Part shown: one piece after another, positions 62,209-64,000 of the stretch | Numbering within the stretch: the stretch's first letter is position 1 | Layout of the letters: each line of letters begins with the position of its first letter | From: an uncultured Acidobacteriota bacterium | Lineage (GTDB): Bacteria > Acidobacteriota > Vicinamibacteria > Fen-336 | Length of the DNA stretch: 64,000 nt | NCBI GenBank assembly: GCA_963760685.1 | Contig: CAVXEA010000003.1 | Location: 875,781-939,780, forward strand | Direction: 5' to 3' | Position numbers and translations under genes: made by a program | The notes under the pieces: generated by a model | What the model was told of the DNA's origin: nothing | Seen by the model: only the letters and a program-made list of their open reading frames with translations | The model's database searches: none

Positions 62209-64000
62209 ATGTCCCGCCGTCCTGCGTTCACGTTGGTGCTTCTTCTCCTGGCCTCCGCGAAGAGCGCAGCGGCCCAGCCAAACGTCGTCAATGTCAGCCT
62301 AGTCGGTCCCGACCAGAGCGCGATAAGCGGCCGAGTCACCGCTGAGCCGGTTGCGAGCGCGGTTCAACTCCGACCGGAGACATTCAATGTAGGCACGGTG
62401 GGTGGGCGGGTGACGCTGCACCTGAGACCGGGGCTCTGGCGACTCACGGCCGAGGCCACAGGCTGGTGGGTTCTACCTAAGGAGGTCCAAGTCGGCGCGA
62501 GCCTGCCGGAGCTGAATATAGGGCTGCGGGCTTGGCCGGCGGCCAAGATCAGGGTCCCTCTCCGGTCGCCGCCGCCTGAGCTACGCGTTCCGGTCGTCCG
62601 ACTCGTTCTCCGGCCCGAGGGTGCAACGGCGAGGGATTCGGCCACGGAATGGGAGGCGGCAGCCACCTGCCCACCGGTTGGTTTGGCCTGGGTATGTGAC
62701 GTGCCCGCGGCGCGCCTCGACCTGCAGCTGCGACCGAAGGGCTTCGTTCCTGTTTATTTGTGGGGTGTGGTTCCTGAACGAGGATCAACCACAGTTCTTG
62801 CCCCCGTTGCCTTGCGCCGCGGCCCATCGATCTCGGGCTGGGTACACGACCGGGCCAATCGTCCCGCAGGCGGCGCGAGCGTCGCCCTGACCAGCCCCGA
62901 CAGCGCAACGTGCTGTGCACCCGACGACAGTGCGCGTTCTGATCGAGTTGCGAGTCCACCTGAGCGGTCAAACGCCCGAGGCTTCTTCCAGCTGGCTCCC
63001 GCGCCTCTCGGCGAGCTGTGGCTGATAGCACGCCTAAGCGACCTCAGAAGCGTTCCAATGAGAATCGACCTGAAAGAGCCGGACGTGGAGATCAGCCTCC
63101 TCGATCCGCTCGTTCTGCAGCCCCCCGCGAGTTTGCTCGTCCACGCTCAGCCGCCGTTCGATCCTTCAGGGATGCCCTGGAAAGTGCGGGTACGGGCGCT
63201 CCAACCCAAGAACCGGGCCACCGTCATCGCTCGAAACGCTCCTATGTCCCGCGATGGTGAGTGGCAACGCGACGGACTAGCTGCAGGCGAATACAGCGTC
63301 GCCTTGGTCACGCGGGACGACGCGGTTTGGCGTGAGGAAGTGATTACACTCGAGCCGGGCCTACGCGAGGTAACTCTCGACACGAACGTGTTTCGCGTGA
63401 AGGGAAGCGTCTCGATGGGTCGTGCCGCTCTCGGGAAGGCCAAGGTTGTCCTGAGTTCCGGCCGTTTGAAAGCGTCCTTCTCAGCGAACGAGCAGGGAGA
63501 GTTCGAGGGCGATTTGCCCTTCCGCCTCGACCCAGAAGCATCAGTCACGGCGATGGTGACGACGGCGGACCCAGCCGTCGAGTATATAACCATGGCCGAG
63601 GTCGAGGGTGACAGTTCCGAAGCCTTCGTGCGGATACGCTTGGCCAACGGCGGCATTGAAGGCCGCGTGCTGGGCCCGAACGGGATGCCCTGGCAGGGCA
63701 AGGCTTCGATCATCGTGAGTGGCCTTTCCAGAGATTCGTCCCCCAGCACACAAGTGTCCATGGGGCCCTCCGAGGAGGGGCGGTTCCGACTGCGCGGCCT
63801 CGAGCCCGGTCAATACAAGATAGAGGCACTGTCGGCGCCCAGACTCGAATGCGAGAGCTTGACGGTTGACGTGACATCGGACGACCCTCGGAATATCGAG
63901 CTGCAACTCAAGGAACCACTGCAGATTAGCGGAACCGTTGCGGGCGCCGAAGGGTTGGGGATCGCCGCGGCGGAAGTGACCGCGTACGGCTCCAATCAGA
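62209..64000 (+). CDS. Large secreted protein with tandem carboxypeptidase-regulatory-like (CarboxypepD_reg) beta-sandwich repeats; 3' end beyond the window
   Basis: Open frame from the ATG at 62209 to the window end (at least 597 codons, hand-translated, no stop). It is absent from the ORF track because it has no stop. Signal peptide MSRRPAFTLVLLLLASAKSAAAQP. Repeats ISGRVTAEP.., ISGWVHDRANRPAGGASVALTS, VKGSVSMGRAALGKAKVVLSSG, IEGRVLGPNGMPWQGKASIIVSG, ISGTVAGAEGLGIAAAEV. GAGG RBS 7 nt after the upstream stop. Confidence 0.7.
   Translation, partial: MSRRPAFTLVLLLLASAKSAAAQPNVVNVSLVGPDQSAISGRVTAEPVASAVQLRPETFNVGTVGGRVTLHLRPGLWRLTAEATGWWVLPKEVQVGASLPELNIGLRAWPAAKIRVPLRSPPPELRVPVVRLVLRPEGATARDSATEWEAAATCPPVGLAWVCDVPAARLDLQLRPKGFVPVYLWGVVPERGSTTVLAPVALRRGPSISGWVHDRANRPAGGASVALTSPDSATCCAPDDSARSDRVASPPERSNARGFFQLAPAPLGELWLIARLSDLRSVPMRIDLKEPDVEISLLDPLVLQPPASLLVHAQPPFDPSGMPWKVRVRALQPKNRATVIARNAPMSRDGEWQRDGLAAGEYSVALVTRDDAVWREEVITLEPGLREVTLDTNVFRVKGSVSMGRAALGKAKVVLSSGRLKASFSANEQGEFEGDLPFRLDPEASVTAMVTTADPAVEYITMAEVEGDSSEAFVRIRLANGGIEGRVLGPNGMPWQGKASIIVSGLSRDSSPSTQVSMGPSEEGRFRLRGLEPGQYKIEALSAPRLECESLTVDVTSDDPRNIELQLKEPLQISGTVAGAEGLGIAAAEVTAYGSNQ

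Overview
This 64-kb window is about 70% GC. It is a bacterial chromosomal segment, probably from Acidobacteriota: it carries an ADOP-type duplicated FtsX permease, CarboxypepD_reg repeats and many Ser/Thr kinases. I found no rRNA, tRNA or CRISPR array.

Main content, left to right:
- a HigB/HigA-like toxin-antitoxin pair with an upstream palindromic operator;
- an intact IS110-family (DEDD) transposase with a 350-bp 3' non-coding tail that is a candidate bridge/seek RNA, flanked by REP-like palindromic repeats;
- a second, degenerate IS110 C-terminal fragment fused in-frame to an integron-integrase-like N-terminal SAM domain;
- housekeeping genes: alr, a GNAT acetyltransferase, an ADOP permease and a MASE1-GGDEF cyclase;
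- a tightly overlapping 10-kb minus-strand operon encoding four large polytopic membrane proteins that look like GT-C-type glycosyltransferases, plus an Ig-like lipoprotein, under an XRE-cupin regulator;
- two paralogous modules that each combine a Ser/Thr kinase, a PEGA domain, a secreted protein carrying a 'Y-x-x-Y-L-P-x-x-Y-L' repeat and a FadL-like outer-membrane beta-barrel;
- queA, two short-chain dehydrogenases, a Tat-secreted glycoside-hydrolase-like gene, a Zn-dependent alcohol dehydrogenase and an Nramp-like transporter;
- hflKC, thrC, and a PAS/GAF histidine kinase with an NtrC-type sigma-54 regulator;
- a translationally coupled GDSL-GH3-GH29 glycan-degradation operon;
- an FmdB zinc-ribbon protein, kbl and a Phd/PIN toxin-antitoxin pair;
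- an FHA-TM-IPT/TIG membrane protein adjacent to a kinase-TPR protein;
- an AT-rich island with a near-consensus sigma70 promoter driving a small Cys-rich secreted peptide and a giant CarboxypepD_reg-repeat protein that runs off the window.

Many genes are interrupted by single-nucleotide frameshifts. These are strongly clustered in some genes and absent from others.
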